From IMG/VR virus record IMGVR_UViG_3300033183_000491, positions 124,001 through 188,000 of that record: a stretch of 64,000 nucleotides of DNA. One strand, 5' to 3'. Below, in pieces: positions 39,731 through 49,200 of this stretch. A program made the position numbers and the translations under genes. A model generated the notes under the pieces. That model was not told the origin of the DNA, searched no databases, and was given only the letters and a program-made list of their open reading frames with translations. Each line of letters begins with the position of its first letter. Positions within the stretch are counted from its first letter, which is position 1.

Positions 39731-40030
39731 TTAAATATTTTCTTCTTCTTTTTCTTCTTCATCAATAAATTTATTATTACTTAAATTAGAAGAAATTTCT
39801 AAGACTATATCTTTTACTTCTTTAATTTCTCCTAGAAGTCTTCTAATTTCTGGACTATCAAAAAATAAAGGAATCTCTAAGATTTCACTTATTCTATTGT
39901 ACTTGTCATCTATTTTATCTAAAGAATCTTCAATTACATCTTGCATCCTGATTATGACTAATGCAAATTTAATACAGAAAAAAGCAAAAAATAAAAGTAA
40001 AAAAGATAGTATTGAAATTATTGTTATCAT
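39731..40030 (-). CDS. Small membrane-anchored coiled-coil protein
   Basis: Hydrophobic N-terminus IIISILSFLLLFFAFFCIKFALVII, then a helical acidic tail; upstream TATAAT. Confidence 0.7.
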   Translation of the reverse strand: MITIISILSFLLLFFAFFCIKFALVIIRMQDVIEDSLDKIDDKYNRISEILEIPLFFDSPEIRRLLGEIKEVKDIVLEISSNLSNNKFIDEEEKEEENI

Positions 40031-40049
40031 TTTTAAGTTCTCAAAATCT

Positions 40050-40055
40050 ATTATA
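40050..40055 (-). promoter_or_regulatory. Sigma70-type -10 hexamer TATAAT for the 99-aa/sigma/125-aa unit
   Basis: Exact TATAAT 19 nt before ATG 40030; no convincing -35. Confidence 0.4.
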
Positions 40056-40064
40056 TATTTCTTA

Positions 40065-40096
40065 TTTTATTAAACTTAAAACTTTGTTTAATAAAA
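40065..40096. repeat. 11-bp inverted repeat with 10-nt spacer (operator-like or weak hairpin)
   Basis: TTTTATTAAAC (40065-40075) / GTTTAATAAAA (40086-40096). Confidence 0.7.
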
Positions 40097-40112
40097 ATCT
40101 TTAGACGAAAAA

Positions 40113-40946
40113 TTATTTACAATGAATAGTATTTTTAAAATCACAAAACATACAAGAATTTTTATTTTTCAGGAAAAGATTTTTTTCAACAGTTTTAATC
40201 ATACTTCTAACTAGTTTTTGAGATTTTTCTAAGTTTTTTGGCCCGCTAGAAACTTTAATCAATTGACATGATTTTCCAACTGTTTTTACCTTTTTTAATA
40301 AAATAAATCCACATTGAATATCTTTCATTTGAATTTCATTTTTAGTTCCCCAAAAATGCTTATAAAGAATAACTTGTGCTTGCGTGTTAAAGTCTCTTTG
40401 TTTTTCCAAAGACCATCCTCTACCATTTGATGTTTTCCAATCTAATACCCAATATTTATATTTTCCTTTATACGGAACCTTAATGATACAGTCAATATAT
40501 CCTTTAAATTTCGTATCAATAGACTCTATACTTTCATATAACGCCTCTTCGGCAGATTGATATTCCCAATCTGGGAAAGTTTCATCTAAGAAATCAGGAA
40601 CAGATCTTATACTAGTCTCTGCCCATTGTAACCAGTCTTTTAATTTATTATGTTTATATTTCCATCCCTGCAATTCAGCTCTTTGAGTTTGTAATTGAAT
40701 AAAATCTTCTGCGTCAAATCCATGTTCATCCCAAGCTAATTTAATCTTATTTTGAGCTTCTTCGATTTTAAGTTCTTTTGTTTTAAGATAATGTTCGCAT
40801 GCATCATGAATTATTGTTCCATAATGTAAATGTGGGCTTTCTTCAAAAGTTGTTAATTTATCAATATATAATAATTTATGTCTCCAAGAACATTCTTTCC
40901 ATTGTTTAACTTCAGAATAAGATACATGTTCCTTCATTATAGTCAT
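40113..40946 (-). CDS. PD-(D/E)XK exonuclease, Cas4/AddB/RecB-like, with a 1+3 Cys (Fe-S) pattern
   Basis: SYSEVKQWKEC, GTIIH, E...GYID...LDWKT, QVILY, C-terminal CMFCDFKNTIHC; SD GAGAGG. Confidence 0.88.
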   Translation of the reverse strand: MTIMKEHVSYSEVKQWKECSWRHKLLYIDKLTTFEESPHLHYGTIIHDACEHYLKTKELKIEEAQNKIKLAWDEHGFDAEDFIQLQTQRAELQGWKYKHNKLKDWLQWAETSIRSVPDFLDETFPDWEYQSAEEALYESIESIDTKFKGYIDCIIKVPYKGKYKYWVLDWKTSNGRGWSLEKQRDFNTQAQVILYKHFWGTKNEIQMKDIQCGFILLKKVKTVGKSCQLIKVSSGPKNLEKSQKLVRSMIKTVEKNLFLKNKNSCMFCDFKNTIHCK

Positions 40947-40968
40947 AACAGACCTCTCTTTCGTTTAT

Positions 40969-40974
40969 ATTATA
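40969..40974 (-). promoter_or_regulatory. Sigma70-type -10 hexamer TATAAT for the Cas4-like gene
   Basis: Exact TATAAT 22 nt before ATG 40946; TTTATA lies 18 nt upstream. Confidence 0.4.
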
Positions 40975-41012
40975 TAAAATTTTATTTACATTTATAAATC
41001 ATTTTAAACTGA

Positions 41013-41019
41013 ATATTTA
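41013..41019 (+). promoter_or_regulatory. Candidate late promoter ATATTTA
   Basis: 38 nt upstream of the plus-strand fibre gene ATG at 41058. Confidence 0.5.
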
Positions 41020-41057
41020 GATTAGCGATTTATTATTTTTTAGAAAGGCATAATTCT

Positions 41058-42995
41058 ATGGCAAACTACACACTCGGAAACGGTGACGGAATCCAGATTT
41101 GGAATCAAAGTAGTGCATCTACTAAGATTGCTCAAGGAAGTGATTCTGTTGAAATTAACGATATTGTAATTTCAGGTAATTCACCAAAACTTACAGTTCC
41201 TGTCGGGAGTCTATATTTAGGTGCAACGCAGATTACTGTTGAGGCGACAGAACTTAATACACTTGATGGTTTAACAGCTTCTACTACAGAACTTAATTAC
41301 TTAGATATTACTACTTTAGGTACAGCGCAAGCATCAAAAGCAATTACTGTTGATGGTTCATCACAAGTAGATGCTAGTGCAATCACATTTACAGATTTAG
41401 GTACAGTTACTACTGTTGATATTAATGGTGGTACTCTTGACGGAGTAACTATTGGAGGAGCTTCTGCAGGTGCAGGTACATTTACATCTTTAGATTGTAA
41501 TGACGGAGCATTTGCGATTGCAAATCTAGACATTGATGGCGGGACTGATATTGGTGCTGCTTTAGTCGATAGTGACTTATTTATTGTTGACGATGGAGCA
41601 GGTGGAACAAATAGAAAATCTGAATTATCACGTCTTAAAACTTATTTAGAGACATCATCACTTTCATTTTCTGGAGCAAATACATTTGAAAACGCTACAG
41701 GACAAACTTTCCAAGGTGATGAAGGAAACGCAGCTTCAATTTATCTTAAGGCAGATCAAGGTGATGATGCAGGTGACTCTTGGGAAATCTCTGTTGCTGA
41801 TGGTGGCGTATTAACATTCGGAAATGACTCAGCAGTTCAAGGAACTTATGCAGCTCACGTTACTCTTACACCAAATGCAGTCGCTGGTTCATCTTCAGCA
41901 TTATTTGCTGGAAATCTTACAGTTAATGGTGACCTTACTGTTAATGGTGATACAACTACACTTAGTACTTCTACTTTAACTGTCGAAGACATCAATATCG
42001 TAGTTGCAAATGGAGCAGCAGACGCAGCAGCAGCTGATGGTGCTGGTTTAACTATTGACGGTGCAGATGCTACTTTAACTTGGGTTAATGCTAGTTCTCA
42101 TCTCGCTTTTAATAAAGATGTTAACTTCATTACAGACGGTATCAAGATTAATGGAACAGCAGTTACTGCTACTGCAGCAGAACTTAATACATTAGATGGA
42201 ATCACAGCTAATGTTGGTGAACTTAATGTTCTTGACGGAATTACAGCTTCAACTTCAGAACTTAATCTTCTCGATGCAACAGCAGGATCAACATTAGCTT
42301 TAGCAGCTGGTGACGGTCTTATTATCAATGATGCATCTGATGGTAATGCAACAAAGAAAGTGCTTGTTAGCGATCTTACAAGTTTCTTTGCTACAAGTGG
42401 TTCTACAACAGCTGATAATATTACATCAGGATCAAGTGCAGTAGAAATTACTACGACTTCTGGTGACGTTGTAGTAGATGCCCCTACAGGACAAAGCGTT
42501 AATCTTCAAGTTAATGGCTCTGACGTTATTGAAGTTGCTGGTGGACGCGTTGACGTTTCACAACCTCTTATTCTTACAAATGCAGGTCTTAGCTTACAAC
42601 CAGCTGCAACACACCCAGCATTCTCTGTTGGACACGTTCTTGCTTTTGAAAGTAATGCTGCAAATGGTGGTTTAGAACTTGCAGATTGTGACGATACAGC
42701 AACTAGTTATCTAAATGCTCCTTTAGGTATTGCTTTAGAAACTTCTGCAGAAAACAGCACAAGTGCTATTATGGTTCATACTCTTCATGGTGCACGTGTT
42801 AATGTACAAATTTCTTCAAGTACAACAGCACAAGGACAATGGATTTACCTAAGCGACACACCCGGTGTTGCTACAACAACAGCACCGACAAGCGGTATGG
42901 TTTGGAGACTAGGTCTTTGTGTAGAACATAATGGAACTGCTGTAACTGATACTGATATTATTTGGATGCCACAATTCTTAGTAGATCTAGGATAA
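41058..42995 (+). CDS. Fibre protein with 13-aa ELNxLD repeats and a C-terminal beta-clip-like module
   Basis: G/A/T/S/D-rich; ELNTLDG repeats; DGGTDIG..LVDSDLFIVDDG module shared with 43743..45944; SD AAAGG. Confidence 0.75.
   Translation: MANYTLGNGDGIQIWNQSSASTKIAQGSDSVEINDIVISGNSPKLTVPVGSLYLGATQITVEATELNTLDGLTASTTELNYLDITTLGTAQASKAITVDGSSQVDASAITFTDLGTVTTVDINGGTLDGVTIGGASAGAGTFTSLDCNDGAFAIANLDIDGGTDIGAALVDSDLFIVDDGAGGTNRKSELSRLKTYLETSSLSFSGANTFENATGQTFQGDEGNAASIYLKADQGDDAGDSWEISVADGGVLTFGNDSAVQGTYAAHVTLTPNAVAGSSSALFAGNLTVNGDLTVNGDTTTLSTSTLTVEDINIVVANGAADAAAADGAGLTIDGADATLTWVNASSHLAFNKDVNFITDGIKINGTAVTATAAELNTLDGITANVGELNVLDGITASTSELNLLDATAGSTLALAAGDGLIINDASDGNATKKVLVSDLTSFFATSGSTTADNITSGSSAVEITTTSGDVVVDAPTGQSVNLQVNGSDVIEVAGGRVDVSQPLILTNAGLSLQPAATHPAFSVGHVLAFESNAANGGLELADCDDTATSYLNAPLGIALETSAENSTSAIMVHTLHGARVNVQISSSTTAQGQWIYLSDTPGVATTTAPTSGMVWRLGLCVEHNGTAVTDTDIIWMPQFLVDLG
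42180..42275 (+). repeat. 39-nt (13-aa) tandem repeat, three units; two further units at 41250-41300
   Basis: GAACTTAAT recurs at 42180, 42219 and 42258, and at 41250 and 41289 (period 39), encoding ELNxLD. Confidence 0.85.
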
Positions 42996-43011
42996 AATAG
43001 GTATAATTAAT

Positions 43012-43070
43012 ATCTCCAGTAATATATTTATTAACATCAATCCTAATTAAAATAATATATTACTGGAGAT
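43012..43070 (+). promoter_or_regulatory. Perfect 17-bp inverted repeat sequestering the SD of the 126-aa gene, with an internal ATATTTA (43024-43030)
   Basis: ATCTCCAGTAATATATT (43012-43028) is the exact reverse complement of AATATATTACTGGAGAT (43054-43070); GGAG at 43065-43068; ATG at 43075. Confidence 0.85.
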
Positions 43071-43074
43071 TTAA

Positions 43075-43455
43075 ATGTCAAGTAAAGAAAAAATTCTAAG
43101 AATAGGTTTAGGCGAAGCAATTTCAAGATTAATGAAACTTGAAAGTATGAGATCAAATAGACTTCACCCAATGCCAAGTCAAGCAATTGCTGAAAGAGAA
43201 ATGCTTTATTTAGCTCTAAATGAGATTAAAATTGATCTTGGTTTCGATTGTGATGATGATGGTCTTCCTGATTCTGTTGAAATTTTTGAACAAAGTGCTC
43301 GATCTTCTTGTTGCCGACTAGTTCAGTCTGAAGATAGTGGTCCGAAAAAGTCTAGAATTAATAGAGCAAAAGTTCAAAGAGGACAAGTTACAAAACAAGA
43401 AAAACCTAAAGAAGAAATCAAAAAGGCAAGAAAATCTCGCTCTAGAAAGAAATAA
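43075..43455 (+). CDS. Hypothetical protein with a DxDxDG-like loop and a K/R-rich C-terminal tail
   Basis: DCDDDGLPDS; tail KKARKSRSRKK; SD GGAG lies inside a 17-bp hairpin. Confidence 0.75.
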   Translation: MSSKEKILRIGLGEAISRLMKLESMRSNRLHPMPSQAIAEREMLYLALNEIKIDLGFDCDDDGLPDSVEIFEQSARSSCCRLVQSEDSGPKKSRINRAKVQRGQVTKQEKPKEEIKKARKSRSRKK

Positions 43456-43482
43456 ATATAATACTTGAAAGGAGTCACAGAT

Positions 43483-43746
43483 TTGTCTCTGTTTGAACTT
43501 TTATTTTGCTATGGATTAACATTTGGAATGATGAATAAAACATCATGGATTCAAAACAGAATTCAAATTTTAGATGATATGTTAGCTTGCTCATATTGCA
43601 CTGGGTTTCATGCAGGCTGGATTAGTCTTTTGCTTTTACATCCTACATTATTTAAAGACCCACAAACTATTTTGTTTTGGGCCTTTGTTTCTTCGTCATT
43701 TAGTTATATTATAGACACTTTTGTTGCCTATTTAGAAGATAATTAA
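43483..43746 (+). CDS. Small membrane protein, DUF1360-like (CxxC in a hydrophobic segment); start re-called to the TTG at 43483
   Basis: MLACSYCTGFHAGW resembles the DUF1360 LLxCxxCxxxW motif; 2-3 hydrophobic stretches; AAGGAG 8 nt before TTG 43483. Confidence 0.6.
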   Translation: MSLFELLFCYGLTFGMMNKTSWIQNRIQILDDMLACSYCTGFHAGWISLLLLHPTLFKDPQTILFWAFVSSSFSYIIDTFVAYLEDN

Positions 43747-45944
43747 ATGATAAACCAGTTTGATCCATCACAAATAGCAGTAATGCTTGAATATTGACTT
43801 GATAGGGCGAATGTTGCAGCACCATCAATAGTTTCTGAACCACTTGGATCAACAGTAATTGTATTTGCTGACAGGTTCTTTATTTGATATTTGTAACCGC
43901 TTCCTGCTGTTGCAGCTGCTGGTAAATTAACTGTAATATCAACTGAAGGTGTCAACAAGAATACTTCTTCGATTCCTGATGTTGTTGAAATAGTGTATGT
44001 TGAGCTTGGTGATGCTGAAGTAATTGTCGGAACTGATCCTCCACCACCTCCACCTGCAGCAGCTGCCCAATGTAAACCATTTGCAGTTGTATATGTTAAC
44101 ACATCATTGTCAGCAGGAGATTCTACAGAAACATCAAGTGCATTTAATTCTGTTGCAGATGAAGTAACAATATCTCCATCTAAGAAAAGTCCTGAATCGA
44201 CACCATTATGAGCAAGAATATTAACTTTCGATTTAAATGAGTCTCCAGAGATACCATCAATTTGAAGACCCGCGTTAAATCCTGGTATTGCATAAAGATG
44301 AAGACGACCAACATCTAAATTGCTTCCTGCAGCTGGGTCTAAAATTCTACAATTGATATTGGCATATATATTGTTTGCACCTGATGCGCCGGTAACATTT
44401 CCTTTGAAAGTAACACTACCAATAATATCATTTGCTGCAGGACTTGCCGAGTCAGCTTTAAAAGTAATATTTGCAGAAGATGAACCAGTATAATCACTAA
44501 GTAATGTAAAACTTGGATCATTGATACTAGCACCACTCATCTTTAAAATCAAGCCATCATCAGCGTCATGTTCAAGTCTAATTTCTTGATCATTACCAAA
44601 ATATAAAATTGAACCATCACCAAGGTATAGGTCTGACCAAGTATTAGATGCACTCCCTAAAGTTCTTCCGTTATTTGTTCCAGGGTACAAGTTTCCTGAA
44701 ATTTCTGTGTTAGTTCCTCCTAAAATATTTGTACCTGTTTGGCCAACACAAGTTGTAATAGGCGCGTAAAATTCTGCACGACCGTTTTGATTTCTATTAA
44801 AATTTAAAACGTCGATTGGTGAAGACCCTGTATTTGTGTGTTTAAGAGTAAATGCTCCTGAACCTGAATTGTTTATTATAAGGCTTCCAGAAGATGTTTC
44901 AATATTAACATTTGTACTTGCTGTTGTAATATCACTAGCAGCAACACTACCGCCTCCTGCGACTGTAAACGTACCTGTGTCTGTTGCAGAAGCATCTCCA
45001 CTTACAGATGAGAAAATATATTTCTTAAGTCTTGTAAGAGCAGACTTTCTGTTTGTTCCTGCTGCACCATCATCAACAATAAATAAATCACTGTCAACAA
45101 GATCAGCACCAATATCTGTACCACCATCTAAATCAAGTGATGTTAAAGAAACTTTATTTGCATCTGAGATTGTGTTTAACTTTGCATTTTCAATCGAACC
45201 TGCTAACATTGCATTAGTAATGCCGCTTGCAGAAACGTCGAGTGTATTTCCTGTTTTAGTTAATCCATCTCCTGCGATAATTTCTCCTGCTCCACTAAAT
45301 TGTGAGAAATCAAGAGAATCAGTCCCTACAACATCGCTTCCTGTGTTTGACGTACAAACAAATCCTTTATCTGCATTAACTGTTCCTTCTTCAACAAAGA
45401 CGAAAATACCAGCAGCTGCATCTGAAGCTGATAGGTCATCTGCTCTTGTCGGTGCGCCAGAAGCTGCAACAATATAGATACCATTTTCAGAAGCTGTAGA
45501 CTGATCTTTAACAAGTATTCTGTCACCAGTTGCCAGTGTAACTGAGGTGTCTAATGTGTCACCATTTTCTAGATCTGTAGCTAGTGTAACTGGACCAGTT
45601 GTAGCTGCTCTTACAGAAGATTTTACGTCTAATCCTTGTAATACAGAATCAACATAAGCTTTAGTTGCAGCATCACTTGAAGCTGAAGGCGCGCCAACAT
45701 TAACAATTCTTTGTGAACTTAAAGAAAGTTGTCCTGTAAGAGTAGCATTAGCAAGTGATGAAGACCCTGCAACAGTAAGTCCTTGTTCAATTGTCAAAGG
45801 TGCATCTTTTACTTTAAGAACATTACTCTCTTCAGTGATAGATGATGTTCCATAAACTGATTTTGTTTGGTGAACTTCGTTCCATAATTTTGAGCTGCTT
45901 CCTAGCGTGCCAACATTATTGACTTTAGGTACTAAATTAGCCAT
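43743..45944 (-). CDS. Mosaic fibre protein (733 aa)
   Basis: DAATKAYVD..., DRILVKDQ..ENGIY module, AGDGLTKTGN, DGGTDIG module, C-terminal LP..A...IKN...TIDG...DGSNWFII domain. Confidence 0.8.
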   Translation of the reverse strand: MANLVPKVNNVGTLGSSSKLWNEVHQTKSVYGTSSITEESNVLKVKDAPLTIEQGLTVAGSSSLANATLTGQLSLSSQRIVNVGAPSASSDAATKAYVDSVLQGLDVKSSVRAATTGPVTLATDLENGDTLDTSVTLATGDRILVKDQSTASENGIYIVAASGAPTRADDLSASDAAAGIFVFVEEGTVNADKGFVCTSNTGSDVVGTDSLDFSQFSGAGEIIAGDGLTKTGNTLDVSASGITNAMLAGSIENAKLNTISDANKVSLTSLDLDGGTDIGADLVDSDLFIVDDGAAGTNRKSALTRLKKYIFSSVSGDASATDTGTFTVAGGGSVAASDITTASTNVNIETSSGSLIINNSGSGAFTLKHTNTGSSPIDVLNFNRNQNGRAEFYAPITTCVGQTGTNILGGTNTEISGNLYPGTNNGRTLGSASNTWSDLYLGDGSILYFGNDQEIRLEHDADDGLILKMSGASINDPSFTLLSDYTGSSSANITFKADSASPAANDIIGSVTFKGNVTGASGANNIYANINCRILDPAAGSNLDVGRLHLYAIPGFNAGLQIDGISGDSFKSKVNILAHNGVDSGLFLDGDIVTSSATELNALDVSVESPADNDVLTYTTANGLHWAAAAGGGGGGSVPTITSASPSSTYTISTTSGIEEVFLLTPSVDITVNLPAAATAGSGYKYQIKNLSANTITVDPSGSETIDGAATFALSSQYSSITAICDGSNWFII

Positions 45945-45968
45945 TATCTTTCCTTTTCGATTTATTTA

Positions 45969-45975
45969 TAAATAT
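45969..45975 (-). promoter_or_regulatory. Candidate late promoter ATATTTA (palindrome TATTTATAAATA at 45963-45974)
   Basis: 24 nt upstream of the fibre gene ATG at 45944. Confidence 0.55.
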
Positions 45976-45992
45976 AAAGTAATTTTTCTTAA

Positions 45993-46268
45993 TTAAGTTT
46001 TTGGCGTAATATCGCCATTTTCGTCTAATTCAAAGTTATCATCTGTATTTTGAAGTATATCATCAGGTAAATTTACTGTAAGCGTTCCTGAATTGTTTGT
46101 TTCATCGATATCAACAAGAAACAAGCCAGTACCGTTTGTTAAGTCGTCTTGAATAGTATAATCAGATCCGTTAGCTATAAAAAGACTACCGTCTCCAACG
46201 ACTTTTGTGCTTAAAGCAAATCCGTTATTGTTTTCATCGACGTTTATTTTTTTAATTCCGTAAGACAT
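45993..46268 (-). CDS. Small hypothetical protein, possible fibre adaptor
   Basis: SD AAGGA; C-terminal FELDENGDITP is similar to FEFDSEGNVMP of 57715..58239. Confidence 0.6.
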   Translation of the reverse strand: MSYGIKKINVDENNNGFALSTKVVGDGSLFIANGSDYTIQDDLTNGTGLFLVDIDETNNSGTLTVNLPDDILQNTDDNFELDENGDITPKT

Positions 46269-46287
46269 TTTTAATCCTTATAAAATA

Positions 46288-49200
46288 TTAAATTATTTCC
46301 CAAGAGTCTACACCATCGCTAATCAAATCTAAACTTTGTCCTGGTGTTTGTGAATCTGTCATAACAAAAGAAGCTAATCCTTCAATATTATCGCCACTAT
46401 AAGGTATGACGGTTAGAAGGTTTGTTCCAGCTTTGAATTTGATCCTTAGTTGCTGGCCAGCTACTGTACTACTTACTTGGGGTAATGTAATGTTAATAGC
46501 TGAATTTGTTGTATTTACGCTATAGTGGTAATTTATTTGTGCATTAAATGATGTTGTCTTTGCTGAATATGTATAATGCATATTCGTTAATTGTGAACCA
46601 TCGACAGCAGGAAGTTTAGCATTAGCATCTAATTGTACAATATTATTAGCAGCAGTTCCTACGTCTAAGGCAGCAGCAGTTCCTAATGTTGGTAAGTCTG
46701 TCCAGCTTAAGACTCCGTTTCCATCTGTTCTAAGAACTTGATTTAAGTTTCCGCTAGATGTAGGAAGTGTCAGAGTATAATTTGCTGCAGCAGAGTGTGC
46801 TGGTCCTTGAATAGCTACCCAGTGTGTATTTTGTTCACACTTAAATCTAATTAGACCACTACCTCTTGTTGAGTTACCTTGAAGTGTAACATACCCTGCA
46901 CCGTTTGGATCAAGGTTGATGTGATATCCTAAACTTGTTGTTCTAATATCATATCCCCCAAGATCTAGATGTCCTCCTAGTACAGGCGAAGAATCTTCTG
47001 ATAGTGATTCAATGCCTCCTGTAGAATCAGACCATACAACATGTCCATTTGCATTATCCCAAGTTAAAACTTGTCCATCAGTAGGTGTATCATGACCAAT
47101 CTGAGTAACTTGACCATCTTGATTTGCTTTTAAGAACGTGTTGTGTGTAAAGTTACCCCAGTTTGACCCTAGATATGCACCAAAAACTCCTTTTGTTGAA
47201 TTAAATTCAATATCAAAGTCTGTATTAAGATCTGTATCAGCACCTTTAACTTTTTCAATATGGAAGAATGGATAAGGACCAGATAAGTCAATTCTTCTAG
47301 ATGAATCTGTAAATATAAACTTTCTACTTGCAGATTGAAGTACTAAATTAGAGTCTGAATTGTTTCCATAAGAATCAGCGATCAGTGCTTGTTGTGTACC
47401 TAAAACAAGAGACTTAGCTTGCGCAGTAACTGCTGATTCACCTGTAATCAAGATTTCAGATCCAGGATAGCCTGTTCCTCCAGCTCCTTCTGATGTTAAA
47501 GTCGTAAGAGTTCTTAAATTCATTCCGTCTTTAAATCTAATTTGTCGAGTATAATCTCCATTACTTAAAGATGAACTTATGACAAGAGAATCTGCAACAC
47601 CATTTAGATTAAAATCAATGTCTGCACTTGCAGAAGCGTTTGTTATTTCTATATTACCTGTACTACCAAGAGTCAATGTTCCGTTAGATGTTTCAAAAGC
47701 AATATTTCCACTGCCTTGAGTAATATCATCAGCAGAAGTTGATGTAGCTAATCCACTAACAAAATTAGCTTTGGTCATTTTCTTAAGATTGTTATTATCT
47801 TCAGAATCTGCTAATAAAATAATGTCATTGTCGTTAATTGCAAGTTTTTCAGTTTGACCTGTTAATGCTAAAGATTCTAAACTAAGTGTACCTGTACTTG
47901 TAATAGAAGCATCGCCAGAAACTTTTCCAAAGTTATAAGCAGCAATACTAGATGCTTCTACTTGATAGTTTATTCCTGAAGCTTCGTTATCTACTATAAA
48001 TAGATCTGAGTCTGTAATAGAAGCTAAATTATTTCCTCCATCAATATCAATAGAACTTAAAGCGACTTTGTTAGCAACTGTGAGAGTATTAAGCTTAGAG
48101 TTAGCAATACTCCCTGCAAGCATTGCACTTGTAATTCCGCCGCTTTTAACTTTAATGTTGTCATTAACATCTATTTCGATAGAAGCGTTATCCACATTAG
48201 CATCAATAACATTGCCATTCTTTGTTAAGCCAGCACCAGCGTCAACTTGGCCAGCTGAAGAGAATTGATAAACTGAAACGTCATCTGTTCCAACTACAAA
48301 TGTTGATGGATCTGAGACAACTTGAACCCATCCTGTACCTTCATTTGTCGTACCACTAGCAACAAATACGTATGCACCAGGAATTTCGTTAGATTCGTCA
48401 CAATATCCACATCGTGTCAAAATCCAGTCAGTAGCAGCGTCACCTATTTGTGATACATAATATCGACCATTTTGAAATGCTGATGTTTGGTCTTTTAATA
48501 AGACGCCGTCATATTGTGCCCAAGTAGTTACACCATCAATGTCTAATGTAGCACTTGCTCCTAGATTAAGAGTTGCACCTACACCATCATCTGCAATTCC
48601 ATTATCATATGTTCCTACTAAGTTTTGTGTTGTTGCAGCAAGAACTGAAGGTTTTGCAATGATTCCTTGTGCTACTTCGTCAACGTAAGCTTTATTAGCA
48701 GCATCACCATTTTCAGTTGGATTTGCAAGATTTGTAATCTTATTAGAGTTAAGATTTAAATCAACACTTTGTCCTGTTAAATCAACCGATGCTATTTCTG
48801 TATTGGAAGAGATCACCAGATTACCTGAGTTAACACTTATTTCAACGTTTGATGTATTGTTTGAATCTAACGTCCCCTTATCAACACGATCAATCTGGAG
48901 ATATTTTGGAGCTGTGACTGCATATGGATTGACTCTTGTATTAATCTTAAGACTGTTCTTTGATGCCATTAAGATTTCGCCGTCTGTTTGTGTACCATCA
49001 CCTGCTACTAAATGTAATCCGTGTGCAGATTGAGTCACAACATCCATTCCAATGTTACCACCAGTTATAAATCTTGTATTACGAGTTCCTGCGTGTGATG
49101 ACTGATTATACGCGTCATTTGTAAAAATACCTGCATAACTCTGCACATTACCTTCAGGGTCAGCCTCACCTACATCGTTTGTATGCGCTGCACCTTTAAC

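Noticed and set aside
40964-41000. Cluster of AT-only palindromes as a replication origin
   Set aside because: Short A/T-only palindromes are expected in such AT-rich DNA; no iterons or other origin evidence
40031-41057. CRISPR array next to the Cas4-like gene
   Set aside because: The flanking gaps are only about 80 and 110 nt and contain no repeat-spacer periodicity
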